This document shows, piece by piece, positions 48,975 to 57,433 of a stretch of DNA of 64,000 bases; position 1 is the stretch's first letter, and every line of letters starts with the position of its first letter. The translations under genes and the position numbers were made by a program. The DNA is from Escherichia phage vB_EcoS_ESCO30: sequence record NC_106513.1. One strand, 5' to 3'. The notes beneath the pieces were generated by a model, which ran no database searches, was not told the DNA's origin, and worked only from the letters and a program-made list of their open reading frames with translations.

Positions 48975-49476
48975 AGAACTGGATAACTGGTGCTTTTAAC
49001 GTAAAAGCTTCCGAGGTTAGTTGCGCACTGCCTAAACCACGCGGTAGTTGGTTCCAGACTAACCAACCAGTCTGCTGAATAGTTTTATTACGATTTAACT
49101 ATGTCCAGGCATAAAGAAGAACTTTAGAAGGTATTCTAGGTAGTGAAGTTTTTCCTCCATATCGGAGTAGTTTTTCAAGCTATCCACAAAGTGGGAAATG
49201 ATGGCATGAGAGATGCCACTAATGGTGCACAATAGCACAGGTAATTCGCGATAACCCCTGTTGAGTAGCAGCAAAAAGGTGGGGAGTCATGACCCTAACC
49301 TAACCGAGTCCTCAGTATACCGCAGGACATAACCACTAAGTCACCTTGACTTAAACTGGAAAATAATAGACGTTACTGTATTTTGTCTTGAAATACTTAA
49401 TGAGTGAGACTTATGACTCTCCCGGTATCGTCTGTATTTTTAAGAGTTTTTACGAGAGTTCTTAAAAATACTTAAA

Positions 49477-49548
49477 CGGGGTGTAGTCTAAGGGAGAGGC
49501 AGGAGTCTTCTAAATTCCTTTATGCAGGTTCGAATCCTGTCACCTCGG
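49477..49548 (+). tRNA. tRNA-Arg (anticodon TCT)
   Basis: Hand-folded cloverleaf; loop CTTCTAA; T-arm GCAGG-TTCGAAT-CCTGT; encoded CCA. Confidence 0.6.
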
Positions 49549-49585
49549 CCAATTTTATTAACTGTAACTAAGACAAAGGAAATAT

Positions 49586-50533
49586 ATGTTTAATACTAAA
49601 AATATGAAAGAACTGACTTCTGAGCAAAAAGTAATTCGCACTATTAAACGTTGGGGTATTGGTGCTGTAGTTGGTTTAGCAGGTTTAATCCTAGCTTTTA
49701 ATTCATATACTATTGTTTCTGATGGTACGGTTAAAACCCAAACATTTCTGGGTAAAGTAGATCCTAACCCAGTATTACCTGGTTTCCATCTTGTAAACCC
49801 ATTTGCATCTTTCGATACTTTTAGTACAAAAGATATTGCTGTAAAATTAGATAAACTTCAGGTTCCTAGCCAGGATAAGTTTAAATCCACTGTTGACCTG
49901 ACTGTTATGTTACAATTTGATGGTTCTAAGGCACCGATCAACCGTATTAACGCAGGTACTCAGGATCAGGCGTTAGATAAGTATGTAACTGAGAAATTGC
50001 TATCTACTATTCGTGAATTTGGTAAGTCTGTTCCTAAAGCACAAGATTTGTTTGACGCTAAAATTCAGGCACAATTGCAAACCGCAATTCAACAGGAAGT
50101 TGAAGAGTATGCACGCCCCTATGGTTACACAGTTAAGCAAGTATTCCTTCAGGATATTACATTGCCACCGGTAATTATGGAACAGGTACAGAATACCAAA
50201 GTTCGTGAAGAACAAGTTAATGCTGCGAAAGCTGAATTGGCTCGTGTTGAACAAGAAGCACAGCAGAAGGTTAAACAAGCAGAAGCAGATCGTGAAGCTC
50301 GTAACAACCAAGCTATTGCAAACGAACGTGATGCAGATGCTAAACTGTACGCAGCTAAGAAAGAAGCTGAAGCTAACGCTGCTCTGCAACGTACTATTAC
50401 TCCTGAGATGATTCGTTGGAAACAACTAGAAGTTGAAATGATTCGTGCTCAGAAATATCAAGGTGGTGTACCGCAAACAGTAGTTGGCACTGGTTACGAT
50501 GGCCAGATGATTATGGATATGCGTAACAAGTAA
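49586..50533 (+). CDS. SPFH/band-7 (prohibitin/HflC-like) domain membrane protein
   Basis: N-terminal TM helix, ...PGFHLVNPF... SPFH start motif, long C-terminal coiled coil. Confidence 0.55.
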   Translation: MFNTKNMKELTSEQKVIRTIKRWGIGAVVGLAGLILAFNSYTIVSDGTVKTQTFLGKVDPNPVLPGFHLVNPFASFDTFSTKDIAVKLDKLQVPSQDKFKSTVDLTVMLQFDGSKAPINRINAGTQDQALDKYVTEKLLSTIREFGKSVPKAQDLFDAKIQAQLQTAIQQEVEEYARPYGYTVKQVFLQDITLPPVIMEQVQNTKVREEQVNAAKAELARVEQEAQQKVKQAEADREARNNQAIANERDADAKLYAAKKEAEANAALQRTITPEMIRWKQLEVEMIRAQKYQGGVPQTVVGTGYDGQMIMDMRNK

Positions 50534-50557
50534 TACCCACATGTAATATTCGAAGTA

Positions 50558-50596
50558 AGCCCTGCGTTCCCTGGAGAGCGCAGGGCTTTTCTGTAT
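50558..50596 (+). terminator. rho-independent terminator
   Basis: GCCCTGCG-loop-CGCAGGGC hairpin followed by TTTTCTG. Confidence 0.65.
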
Positions 50597-50607
50597 TTAA
50601 GGTAAAA

Positions 50608-50645
50608 GAAAAGCCCCTAAGTCTTTCGACTAGGGGCTTTATTGT
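50608..50645. terminator. second hairpin terminator (bidirectional)
   Basis: GCCCCTAG-TCTTTCGA-CTAGGGGC hairpin with A-run upstream and T-run downstream. Confidence 0.6.
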
Positions 50646-50653
50646 TTGGTTCT

Positions 50654-50848
50654 TTAGAACCATATACTCTTATTACAGCAACCACCCATACGGGAGGCCA
50701 ATCTTGACTGAAAATCTACTCTAGGGGGCAGGATAAGAGTAGGCTTAAAGGCAAAGGGATTGAACGCCGGTATTTGTGTAAACATTGCTGGAGAGCAACA
50801 ACGTGCTACAGGCATTGGGCAGCACGAAACAGATTTTCTGCAACACAT
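50654..50848 (-). CDS. hypothetical Cys-rich small protein (uncertain)
   Basis: 64 aa ORF, 8 Cys, immediately downstream of Gln-rich gene; may be non-coding. Confidence 0.2.
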   Translation of the reverse strand: MCCRKSVSCCPMPVARCCSPAMFTQIPAFNPFAFKPTLILPPRVDFQSRLASRMGGCCNKSIWF

Positions 50849-50857
50849 AATTCCTCC

Positions 50858-51274
50858 TTAGGAGTTATTATCACCATTTTGAGCTTTTGCAACTTGGCTT
50901 TGGCAGAAGCTATTAAACTTACCCATAAGTGATACAAGCTGTTTCCCATCCTCTGTCTTTGCGAAGTCTTCGAAAAGGGCTAGTACTGCCTGTCCTTCCG
51001 CAGAAACCTGCGGTTGTTGGGTTTGTTGCTGAACTTGCTGCTGAGCCACCTGTTGCTGCATTTGTTGAGGCATTTGCGACTGCCCGCTCATTTGCTGCAT
51101 CATTTGCATAGGACTCACACTTCCAGGGTTTTGCTGGAGTTGTTGCTGCATCTGTTGCGCTTCTGCTAAACGCTGTTGCAACTGTTGTAGGTAAGGGTTA
51201 TCCAGTCCCGGAACGGGCTGCTGGGAGCCCATTTGTTGATTAAATCCGTTGTTTACAAAACCATATTTACTCAT
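50858..51274 (-). CDS. Gln-rich low-complexity protein
   Basis: 138 aa; extended QQ/QM repeats; SD upstream. Confidence 0.5.
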   Translation of the reverse strand: MSKYGFVNNGFNQQMGSQQPVPGLDNPYLQQLQQRLAEAQQMQQQLQQNPGSVSPMQMMQQMSGQSQMPQQMQQQVAQQQVQQQTQQPQVSAEGQAVLALFEDFAKTEDGKQLVSLMGKFNSFCQSQVAKAQNGDNNS

Positions 51275-51295
51275 AATGGGCTCCTCCCCTTAATT

Positions 51296-52276
51296 TTAAG
51301 CCGGCAGTTTAGCCTGCAGACCAGCCAGAGTCTGAGTGATAGCACCAAGACTTACAGCGATTTGGTTGATTACCTGACCGTTTGCACCACTACCTGCAGC
51401 GATTGCTTCGCGCAGACGGCATTCATTCAGTTCGTCCTGGATACGTGCAGTAGTTACACCAGCGATTGCAGTCTGAAGCTCACAGCAACATTCAGCAAGC
51501 TGACGTTCGATAGCGTTCTGGTTAGCACACATCTGAGCCTGAACAGCGGCAAACTGGTTGTTGGTCTGAATAGACTGCTGGAAAGCAATCTGAGCAGAGT
51601 CAAACTTATCTTGAGCACGTGCTATCTGGTTAGCAGCGAAAGACTGATCCATCTGACGAGAAAGATCGAACTGACCCTGAATAACGTTACGAGTTTCAGC
51701 ACAGATCTGATTTGACAGATTAGCACCTGTACCATAGATAGTAGTCAGAACTTGCTGAGTGCTAGCAGCTTGAGCAGCTCCCACACCGTTTACTGCGCTT
51801 AGAACAGCCCCAGTGCCCTGGTTAGCTTCTGTACGAGTAGTATTGATTGCAGCTAGAATACTTGCAGTATCTTGGTTAGAAAGGATCGCGTCCACAGCAG
51901 TTCCTTCAGCGGCAACACCAACACCGCGACCAAAACCACCAAAACCACCAAATCCGCCTGTTAATAGAGCACCGATTAGGATAGCTCCGAATAGACCCAT
52001 ACCTTCTCCACCGAAAGCACTTGCGTTAGCTGGGAATGCACCCATGCCAGGGAAGCCGTTAGTAAATACGTTTACTGGTTCTTGCATTTTATGTTTTCCA
52101 TATTTATGACAATGTTCATCATCGTCATCTTCTTCATCTTTATCATCGTGTTCACGATGTTCTTCTTCGTAGGCTTTGACTTTCTCCCACTTTTTCTTAT
52201 CTGATTCCTCGTGACGATGCAGTTCTGCTGCTACGCTAGCGACGGTTTCAGGACTCTTAGCTACTTCTTCTGTCAT
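51296..52276 (-). CDS. hypothetical protein with acidic/His-rich N-terminus and Gly-rich hydrophobic segment
   Basis: Start set at MTEEV after strong AGGAGGTG SD; GLFGAILIGALLTGGFGGFGGFG segment; Ala/Gln-rich coiled C-terminus. Confidence 0.55.
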   Translation of the reverse strand: MTEEVAKSPETVASVAAELHRHEESDKKKWEKVKAYEEEHREHDDKDEEDDDDEHCHKYGKHKMQEPVNVFTNGFPGMGAFPANASAFGGEGMGLFGAILIGALLTGGFGGFGGFGRGVGVAAEGTAVDAILSNQDTASILAAINTTRTEANQGTGAVLSAVNGVGAAQAASTQQVLTTIYGTGANLSNQICAETRNVIQGQFDLSRQMDQSFAANQIARAQDKFDSAQIAFQQSIQTNNQFAAVQAQMCANQNAIERQLAECCCELQTAIAGVTTARIQDELNECRLREAIAAGSGANGQVINQIAVSLGAITQTLAGLQAKLPA

Positions 52277-52483
52277 TTTTTGACACCTCCTAGTATATAG
52301 AAAATGTGTGTCTCTTTGATCACTCATCCATAACATATACTTTACACTACCCCGGCGAAAATGTCAAGGGGTCTTTAAAAATTGCCCCCGGATTTTTAGT
52401 GGGGTCACAAATTTTGGTCCTCACCACTTATCTGCTACCCTTAAGTGCCCTATGATTTTCCCCTAAAAAGTTAAAAAATTTGA

Positions 52484-52512
52484 TTGCTTGAATGCTAAAT
52501 TCTCTGTATAAT
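52484..52512 (+). promoter_or_regulatory. sigma70-like early promoter
   Basis: TTGCTT-17-TATAAT plus conserved leader. Confidence 0.5.
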
Positions 52513-53061
52513 ATATCTATAAATTTGAGAGAGGAACCAAATATGAATGTTGATGAGCTAACACAGCACCTCTTATCTAGGGGATTTGATACTGATAAAT
52601 ATCATTGCTGGTTAAGTCCGGAAGGATGGCTAACAGTCCCGTTGTATGATTTCTCTGGGATGTTGAGGGGCTATCAAACTTATAATCCTTCTGCTCCAAA
52701 AGGTCATGGTAAGTGCCCCCTTGAAGCTAAATACTTTACTTATTCTACCACCCAGTGTGTATGGGGACTAGAAACTCTCAATGGAGATGAAAAAGTAGTA
52801 TTGATCGCTGAATCTGTATTTAAGGCAGTTGCGTTACATAACGCTGGTTATCCAGCCATAGCAATGTTGGGTTCTTCTCCAGGAAAAGCGTTATTAAAGC
52901 AACTAAAATTACTACCTTTTAAATTGGTAGCTGTTGGTGATAATGATCCTGCTGGTGAAAAATTTGCTAGAAAATTAAACGGTTTTGTTTCTCCCGTAGA
53001 TGTGGATGAGATGTCTACCGAAAACTTGAAAAATTTTCTTGCTATGAAGCTAAATTTCTAA
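52492..53061 (+). CDS. hypothetical protein
   Basis: 189 aa ORF; probable start at internal Met MNVDELT after GAGAGAGG SD. Confidence 0.45.
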   Translation: MLNSLYNISINLREEPNMNVDELTQHLLSRGFDTDKYHCWLSPEGWLTVPLYDFSGMLRGYQTYNPSAPKGHGKCPLEAKYFTYSTTQCVWGLETLNGDEKVVLIAESVFKAVALHNAGYPAIAMLGSSPGKALLKQLKLLPFKLVAVGDNDPAGEKFARKLNGFVSPVDVDEMSTENLKNFLAMKLNF

Positions 53062-53081
53062 TATAATATATCTTATAAATT

Positions 53082-53168
53082 CGGAAGAATAGCATAACGG
53101 TATTGCAGCAGATTGCTAATCTGTCGGTTTGAAATATAGCCTTGTGGGTTCGATTCCCACTTCTTCCG
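53082..53168 (+). tRNA. tRNA-Ser (anticodon GCT), type II
   Basis: Loop TTGCTAA; long variable arm; T-arm GTGGG-TTCGATT-CCCAC; encoded CCA. Confidence 0.6.
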
Positions 53169-53177
53169 CCAGATTTT

Positions 53178-53252
53178 GGTTCTCAAGCTCATATGGTATG
53201 AGCACCCGGCTCATAACCGGAAGGTACGTAGGTTCGAATCCTCGGGGAGCCA
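53178..53252 (+). tRNA. tRNA with CAT anticodon (Met or Ile-lysidine)
   Basis: Acceptor and D-arm fold well; loop CTCATAA; T-stem has mismatches. Confidence 0.45.
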
Positions 53253-53275
53253 CCAACTTAATTAGGGGATTACAA

Positions 53276-53464
53276 GTGGAATTATACATAGTTTATGTTG
53301 TGTTCATTCAAGATAGAGAATACCCTGATGAATATAAAAAAGGATATAGATTAGCCAGAGCTACCTCTGAAGCCCAAGCTATGGATAAAGTGGCAGATTA
53401 TATGATTACGGTAGAAAACGTACACTATATCGACTACCTTGAAGCCTCAAAAGTAATTGACTAG
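53276..53464 (+). CDS. hypothetical small protein (GTG start, uncertain)
   Basis: Portion of the 53129-53464 ORF not overlapping tRNAs; AGGGG SD 7 nt upstream of GTG. Confidence 0.25.
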   Translation: MELYIVYVVFIQDREYPDEYKKGYRLARATSEAQAMDKVADYMITVENVHYIDYLEASKVID

Positions 53465-53473
53465 GGAGACTAT

Positions 53474-53659
53474 ATGTCTAAGTTTCAAGAACTCAAGCAA
53501 GAGCTAGAAGAATGTGCCTGCCCTGAATGTCTGGGGATTGGAGAAAGTTCTGATGCAGAAGCAGGAGATACTTTTTGCAATATCTGGGTTTGCCCAAATT
53601 GCAATGGTACAGGTATTAATCCTAACTGTGGTATTTCTCTAGATATTGAAAGAGGATAA
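53474..53659 (+). CDS. hypothetical Cys-rich zinc-ribbon-like small protein
   Basis: 61 aa; CACPEC...CPNCNGTG cysteine pairs. Confidence 0.4.
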   Translation: MSKFQELKQELEECACPECLGIGESSDAEAGDTFCNIWVCPNCNGTGINPNCGISLDIERG

Positions 53660-53761
53660 TACCTGTGAAACTAAAAGATTATTATATTGGTTGGTTTGTG
53701 GGACTAGTAGTAGGATTTTCACTAGGCTATAATATGTATCAACTAATAAACTGATTACACG

Positions 53762-53835
53762 GGGGGTGTAATCGAATTGGCATAGGTACTGGACTTAAAA
53801 TTCAGGTTTTGTGGGTTCGAATCCCACCACCCCTA
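53762..53835 (+). tRNA. tRNA with TAA anticodon (Leu-type anticodon, short variable loop)
   Basis: Acceptor GGGGGTG/CACCCCT; loop CTTAAAA; T-arm GTGGG-TTCGAAT-CCCAC; encoded CCA. Confidence 0.45.
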
Positions 53836-54013
53836 CCAAATTAAGGAAATAAGATGTATAGACATCCACCTCCGCCAACACGTCGTTCTAGGGAAGTCAT
53901 CCTTATGGAATTGACTAAAAACTTCAAGGCAACTCTTGAAGATAGAGATCTAGGCACGGATGAAGATATTGATTTTATTTGTAGACTATTAAAGATGAAA
54001 CTGGAGAAACAAC

Positions 54014-54220
54014 ATGGCTAATCCTGAAATTACCGCACAACGTTTCATGCTTAAAGGCATGATTGCTGAGGCAGGTATAACTCAAGAGGTTGCAGATTTT
54101 CATAAGCAATTTCTTGACATTATAACTCTAGCTAAAGAGACTGGAGAAAAAGAACATGGAGCGGCAATTATGGCTATATCTCTTATTAGTCTAGACTTGG
54201 CTGAAGAATCTGGAGTTTAG
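54014..54220 (+). CDS. hypothetical protein
   Basis: 68 aa ORF. Confidence 0.4.
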   Translation: MANPEITAQRFMLKGMIAEAGITQEVADFHKQFLDIITLAKETGEKEHGAAIMAISLISLDLAEESGV

Positions 54221-54250
54221 CTCCTCCAAACAGAATTTTTAAAAATGTAC

Positions 54251-54280
54251 TTGCCTTTTGCTTTAAATTTCTGATATAAT
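54251..54280 (+). promoter_or_regulatory. sigma70-like early promoter
   Basis: TTGCCT-18-TATAAT plus conserved leader. Confidence 0.45.
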
Positions 54281-54310
54281 AGTTATATAAATTGATGAAG
54301 GAGTTAACGA

Positions 54311-54586
54311 ATGCAAAATCGTGTTATAGCAGCTGGTATTGAAAGTGCAATCTGTAAATCCTGGGAAGGCTGGGAAGGTGAGATTGAATGGCTTTATTTC
54401 TATGATGTAGAACTTCTGCCGGAAGTTAAAGCTAAATGTGTTAAAGCTGGCATGGCTCCGGATGCAAAAGCTGATATTGATATTTCAATGTCTGAACTTA
54501 AAGGTCGTGTAGTTACCGTTAGTAATGAGGGGGAAGAAGTTTTCGAACTTCCATTCTCCTTAACTGTCACTCCTAAGTTCGACTAA
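54311..54586 (+). CDS. hypothetical protein
   Basis: 91 aa ORF with GGAG SD. Confidence 0.45.
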   Translation: MQNRVIAAGIESAICKSWEGWEGEIEWLYFYDVELLPEVKAKCVKAGMAPDAKADIDISMSELKGRVVTVSNEGEEVFELPFSLTVTPKFD

Positions 54587-54622
54587 CTAATACAGCACTG
54601 AGCAAGTTCTTTAAAATTTGAC

Positions 54623-54651
54623 TTGCTCAGTGCCTTAAAACTTGGTATAAT
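54623..54651 (+). promoter_or_regulatory. sigma70-like promoter inside terminator-like hairpin
   Basis: TTGCTC-17-TATAAT; -35 lies within GCACTGAGCAAG...CTTGCTCAGTGC inverted repeat. Confidence 0.45.
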
Positions 54652-54716
54652 AGTTATCTAATTTGGAAACATATTTAAAAGTGTTTAAATTAGAATTTTT
54701 GAATACTTCTAAATAT

Positions 54717-54801
54717 GGGCGTTTATTCCGTAAGTGGTAGCGGAGGGGATTGTAAATCCCTGGTCATTGCGACTCGAGTGGTTCGACTCCATTAACGCCC
54801 A
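54717..54801 (+). tRNA. tRNA-Tyr (anticodon GTA), type II
   Basis: Acceptor GGGCGTT/AACGCCC; loop TTGTAAA; long variable arm; T-arm AGTGG-TTCGACT-CCATT; encoded CCA. Confidence 0.6.
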
Positions 54802-54821
54802 CCAAATTAAAGGTAAAGGAT

Positions 54822-55313
54822 ATGTATATTGATCGGATAATTCAAGAAGCTGCAAATAGAGGTATTATACAGTTGGGTTCACCAGCTGATATAAATAAAG
54901 ATCTAATATTAGAAAGCCTCACATTTGGTACAGCTAACTTTGGTCGCGATAGTAATCGTCGATATAGCTTGAAGTTATCTGCACTATCTTTTATCAAGTA
55001 TAACAAAAGTATTGGAGAAAAATCCAGCTGTGGTTTTATTTACGCAATAACTAACCCAGCTTGGGATAACTATGTAAAAATTGGTATGTCTTCTGATCCT
55101 AAAACAAGATTAAGAAATTACCAAACCTATTCTCCTTTACGTGATTATAAGTTAATACATTGGTCATTTTGGTTTAATGCTAGAGAAGCGGAGAAAATGC
55201 TTCATAATAGCTTTCCTGAACGGCTTAATGAATGGGTAGTGTTAGACAGAGGTGTAGACGAAATACTTTCCGAGTTTAACAATTTATCCAATAAGCAATT
55301 TAAGTCCTGTTAG
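54822..55313 (+). CDS. T5orf172/GIY-YIG-related domain protein
   Basis: GFIYAITNPAWDNYVKIGMSSDPKTRLRNYQT motif block. Confidence 0.55.
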   Translation: MYIDRIIQEAANRGIIQLGSPADINKDLILESLTFGTANFGRDSNRRYSLKLSALSFIKYNKSIGEKSSCGFIYAITNPAWDNYVKIGMSSDPKTRLRNYQTYSPLRDYKLIHWSFWFNAREAEKMLHNSFPERLNEWVVLDRGVDEILSEFNNLSNKQFKSC

Positions 55314-55377
55314 ACAAACTGGTAAAGTCACTACCCTTTCAAGGTAGGATTTGCGGGTTCGATCCCCGCACAGGACG
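55304..55377 (+). tRNA. tRNA-Glu (anticodon TTC)
   Basis: Acceptor GTCCTGT/ACAGGAC; loop CTTTCAA; T-arm GCGGG-TTCGATC-CCCGC; 5' end overlaps stop codon of upstream CDS. Confidence 0.6.
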
Positions 55378-55386
55378 CCAATTTCT

Positions 55387-55462
55387 GCATTCCTAGAGTG
55401 TTACTGGACAGCATGTCGGTCTCCAAAACCGTACGGTCTAGGTTCGAGTCCTAGTAGGTTTG
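55387..55462 (+). tRNA. tRNA-like gene, possible Trp (CCA anticodon), acceptor stem unresolved
   Basis: T-arm CTAGG-TTCGAGT-CCTAG and CGGT-CTCCAAA-ACCG anticodon hairpin; acceptor pairing not found by eye. Confidence 0.3.
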
Positions 55463-55471
55463 CCAAAATTT

Positions 55472-55543
55472 GCACCTTTAGCTGAGATGGATTAGCGCTT
55501 GCCTGAAGAGCTTGAGAGGTTCGTTCGATTCGAACAGGGTGCA
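55472..55543 (+). tRNA. tRNA (possibly Phe, GAA), anticodon stem imperfect
   Basis: Acceptor GCACCTT/AGGGTGC; D-arm and T-arm GTTCG-TTCGATT-CGAAC fold; loop CTGAAGA with two stem mismatches. Confidence 0.4.
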
Positions 55544-55557
55544 CCAATTTGAAGGAG

Positions 55558-55836
55558 ATGCTGATGCATCCTGAAAACTTCTTTATTTACTGCGCGGATA
55601 AGTCGCTGAAACGTAGAATTAATAAAGTCTATCATTATCGTGCTAGTCAACAGCCTTATGTATATGCTTTTGACGGTGATCACATCCCACTAGAACAATT
55701 ATCTTGTGATTACATGATATTGAAGAACTTTGACGAGACGAAGATCTCAAGCGTTCATAATCGACAGAATCCTTTAACGTGGAAATATAAGAGGAAAAAG
55801 AAAGGCATCAAATTCTTAAAAAATGTAGTTGCTTAG
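55558..55836 (+). CDS. hypothetical protein
   Basis: ORF beginning after tRNA; GGAG SD upstream. Confidence 0.4.
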   Translation: MLMHPENFFIYCADKSLKRRINKVYHYRASQQPYVYAFDGDHIPLEQLSCDYMILKNFDETKISSVHNRQNPLTWKYKRKKKGIKFLKNVVA

Positions 55837-55857
55837 TTTCCAAAAGTTCTGTATAAT
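55829..55857 (+). promoter_or_regulatory. sigma70-like early promoter
   Basis: TTGCTT-17-TATAAT; overlaps 3' end of upstream ORF. Confidence 0.5.
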
Positions 55858-55886
55858 AATTACATAAATTGAACTGGAGAAGCGAC

Positions 55887-56111
55887 ATGACAGAACAAGA
55901 ATTGAATGAACGTAAGTTGGTAATGCTTCGCTTACTAAATATTTTCTCTGGTATGGATGGTGGAATTGACTTTGTTCATCTACGTTCTTTCGTAGAAGAA
56001 GCCGAGGGCGAATCTATCACTAAAATCCTTAAACACATGGGATTACTTTTAGACGCTGCTAATGTGGCTACTGAATATAAACTAGAAGATCTACCAGAGC
56101 GTGTTAAATGA
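55887..56111 (+). CDS. hypothetical protein
   Basis: Start at MTEQEL after GGAGAAG SD. Confidence 0.45.
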   Translation: MTEQELNERKLVMLRLLNIFSGMDGGIDFVHLRSFVEEAEGESITKILKHMGLLLDAANVATEYKLEDLPERVK

Positions 56112-56299
56112 AACGATTAGTTAGATTTAAGTGTTGTGGTTCCGAGCACATTTTCACACATCTTCGTGAATTTAAAATGTGCGATTGTGGTAAATCAGGC
56201 TATGACTCAGGAGATGGGTTCTACACCCGTACTCTAGGGAACTTCAATGATCTAGAATTTGAAGATCTCGAAAAACAAGATAAATCGACCGTTGGCTGA
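56108..56299 (+). CDS. hypothetical Cys-containing small protein
   Basis: 63 aa; CCGSEH...CDCG motif; translationally coupled. Confidence 0.4.
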   Translation: MKRLVRFKCCGSEHIFTHLREFKMCDCGKSGYDSGDGFYTRTLGNFNDLEFEDLEKQDKSTVG

Positions 56300-56358
56300 A
56301 TGGCTTAGGCGAAGGATTGCAAATCCTTTTTATGTGAGTTCAAATCTCATGCGGTCGT
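56286..56358 (+). tRNA. tRNA-Cys (anticodon GCA)
   Basis: Acceptor CGACCGT/GCGGTCG; loop TTGCAAA in AAGGA/TCCTT stem; T-arm GTGAG-TTCAAAT-CTCAT; overlaps 3' end of upstream CDS. Confidence 0.6.
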
Positions 56359-56513
56359 CCAATTTGCTGAAAGAATTGTTAAATCAATTCAGGCACGCGT
56401 AGGAACACTGTCTCCGTAATTGAAAGATGAGGCACGGTTTGGAGAGGTATGCCGCTACACGCTACGGTGCTAACTCCGTCTAGGTGAAAATCCTAGTCAG
56501 CAATATAAATTTA

Positions 56514-56593
56514 GGGTCGTTAGCCAAGCGGTTTGGCGGTGGACTGTTAATCCATGTCGAAAGACAACGTAGGTTCGAATCCTACACGGCCCG
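56514..56593 (+). tRNA. tRNA with GTT (Asn) anticodon and extended variable arm
   Basis: Acceptor GGGTCGT/ACGGCCC; D-stem GCCA/TGGC; loop CTGTTAA; 13-nt variable hairpin GTCGAAAGAC; T-arm GTAGG-TTCGAAT-CCTAC. Confidence 0.5.
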
Positions 56594-56698
56594 CCAAATT
56601 CTGTGTAGAGTTAAGTAAACCGGTAGCCAACCAGCTATCATTGCTGACATCGAATTCAGCCACAGATACCATTTTCATTAATAATTGAGGAAACAAGC

Positions 56699-56884
56699 AT
56701 GTCCAAGAATGTAATTGCACAGCTAGAAGTTCATCGTGATAGCACTATCAACAATATTGAAGTTGAGAAGAAATACATCGAAGAACTTAAACATGATATA
56801 CTAGTAAGTCTCAATCGTCTTAATGTACGAAAAGAGTTTCTTAAAGAACTTAATGCAGCTATTGAAAAACTCAAAGCTGAGTAA
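56699..56884 (+). CDS. hypothetical coiled-coil small protein
   Basis: 61 aa ORF with GAGGAAA SD. Confidence 0.4.
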   Translation: MSKNVIAQLEVHRDSTINNIEVEKKYIEELKHDILVSLNRLNVRKEFLKELNAAIEKLKAE

Positions 56885-56893
56885 ATAAATTAT

Positions 56894-56967
56894 GCGACCG
56901 GGGCTGGCTTGGTAATGGTACTCCCCTGTCACGGGAGGGAATGTGGGTTCAAATCCCATCGGTCGCG
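56894..56967 (+). tRNA. tRNA-Asp (anticodon GTC)
   Basis: Perfect acceptor GCGACCG/CGGTCGC; CTCCC-CTGTCAC-GGGAG anticodon arm; T-arm GTGGG-TTCAAAT-CCCAT; encoded CCA. Confidence 0.65.
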
Positions 56968-56995
56968 CCAAATTAATTTAGTATGAGAATATACT

Positions 56996-57343
56996 ATGCG
57001 TAATGCCAAAGAAGAGTTGTTACTTGCCTTAAAAAATACTAATTCTGAAGTTAAGTGTATTAAAATAGAATTCGGGTATTATGGGGATAAAAAAGTTTGG
57101 GTATTACCTTTAGGTTATACAGAAGAAGACATTGAGGATTTTCTTAATAACCTAGACTTTGAATATGATTCTGGATATGGTGGACAATTACTTTATGGTA
57201 ATGTATGGTTTGCCGACGGAACTTGGCTAGAACGTGGGGAATATGACGGTGCTGAGTGGTGGGAATACAAGGCCACCCCGGCAATCCCAGAGGAATGCCG
57301 AACAATTAATGGTGAAGTAGACAATACTTTACGGTTAAACTAA
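56996..57343 (+). CDS. hypothetical protein
   Basis: 115 aa ORF. Confidence 0.45.
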   Translation: MRNAKEELLLALKNTNSEVKCIKIEFGYYGDKKVWVLPLGYTEEDIEDFLNNLDFEYDSGYGGQLLYGNVWFADGTWLERGEYDGAEWWEYKATPAIPEECRTINGEVDNTLRLN

Positions 57344-57351
57344 TAAAATTT

Positions 57352-57424
57352 CAGTGCGTAGCGCAGTTGGTAGCGTGGGATCCTTGGATGATTCGGGTCG
57401 CAGGTTCGAGTCCTGCCGCACTGA
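57352..57424 (+). tRNA. tRNA-Pro (anticodon TGG)
   Basis: Acceptor CAGTGCG/CGCACTG; GGATC-CTTGGAT-GATTC anticodon arm; T-arm GCAGG-TTCGAGT-CCTGC; encoded CCA. Confidence 0.65.
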
Positions 57425-57433
57425 CCAAACAAT

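Noticed and set aside
53129-53275. N-terminal part of ORF 53129-53464 and other ORFs overlapping tRNA genes
   Set aside because: This stretch is occupied by two hand-folded tRNAs; only the downstream portion (from 53276) is retained as a low-confidence CDS
53665-54021. Very small ORFs (about 27-55 codons) between tRNAs, e.g. 53665-53754, 53854-54021, 61236-61319
   Set aside because: Too short to support from sequence alone; no recognisable motifs; left unannotated
55387-55462. Reading the GGTTCGAGTCC element as a minus-strand tRNA
   Set aside because: The reverse complement (GGACTCGAACC) does not give a TTCRA T-loop; orientation is plus, so the element is kept as an unresolved plus-strand tRNA-like gene
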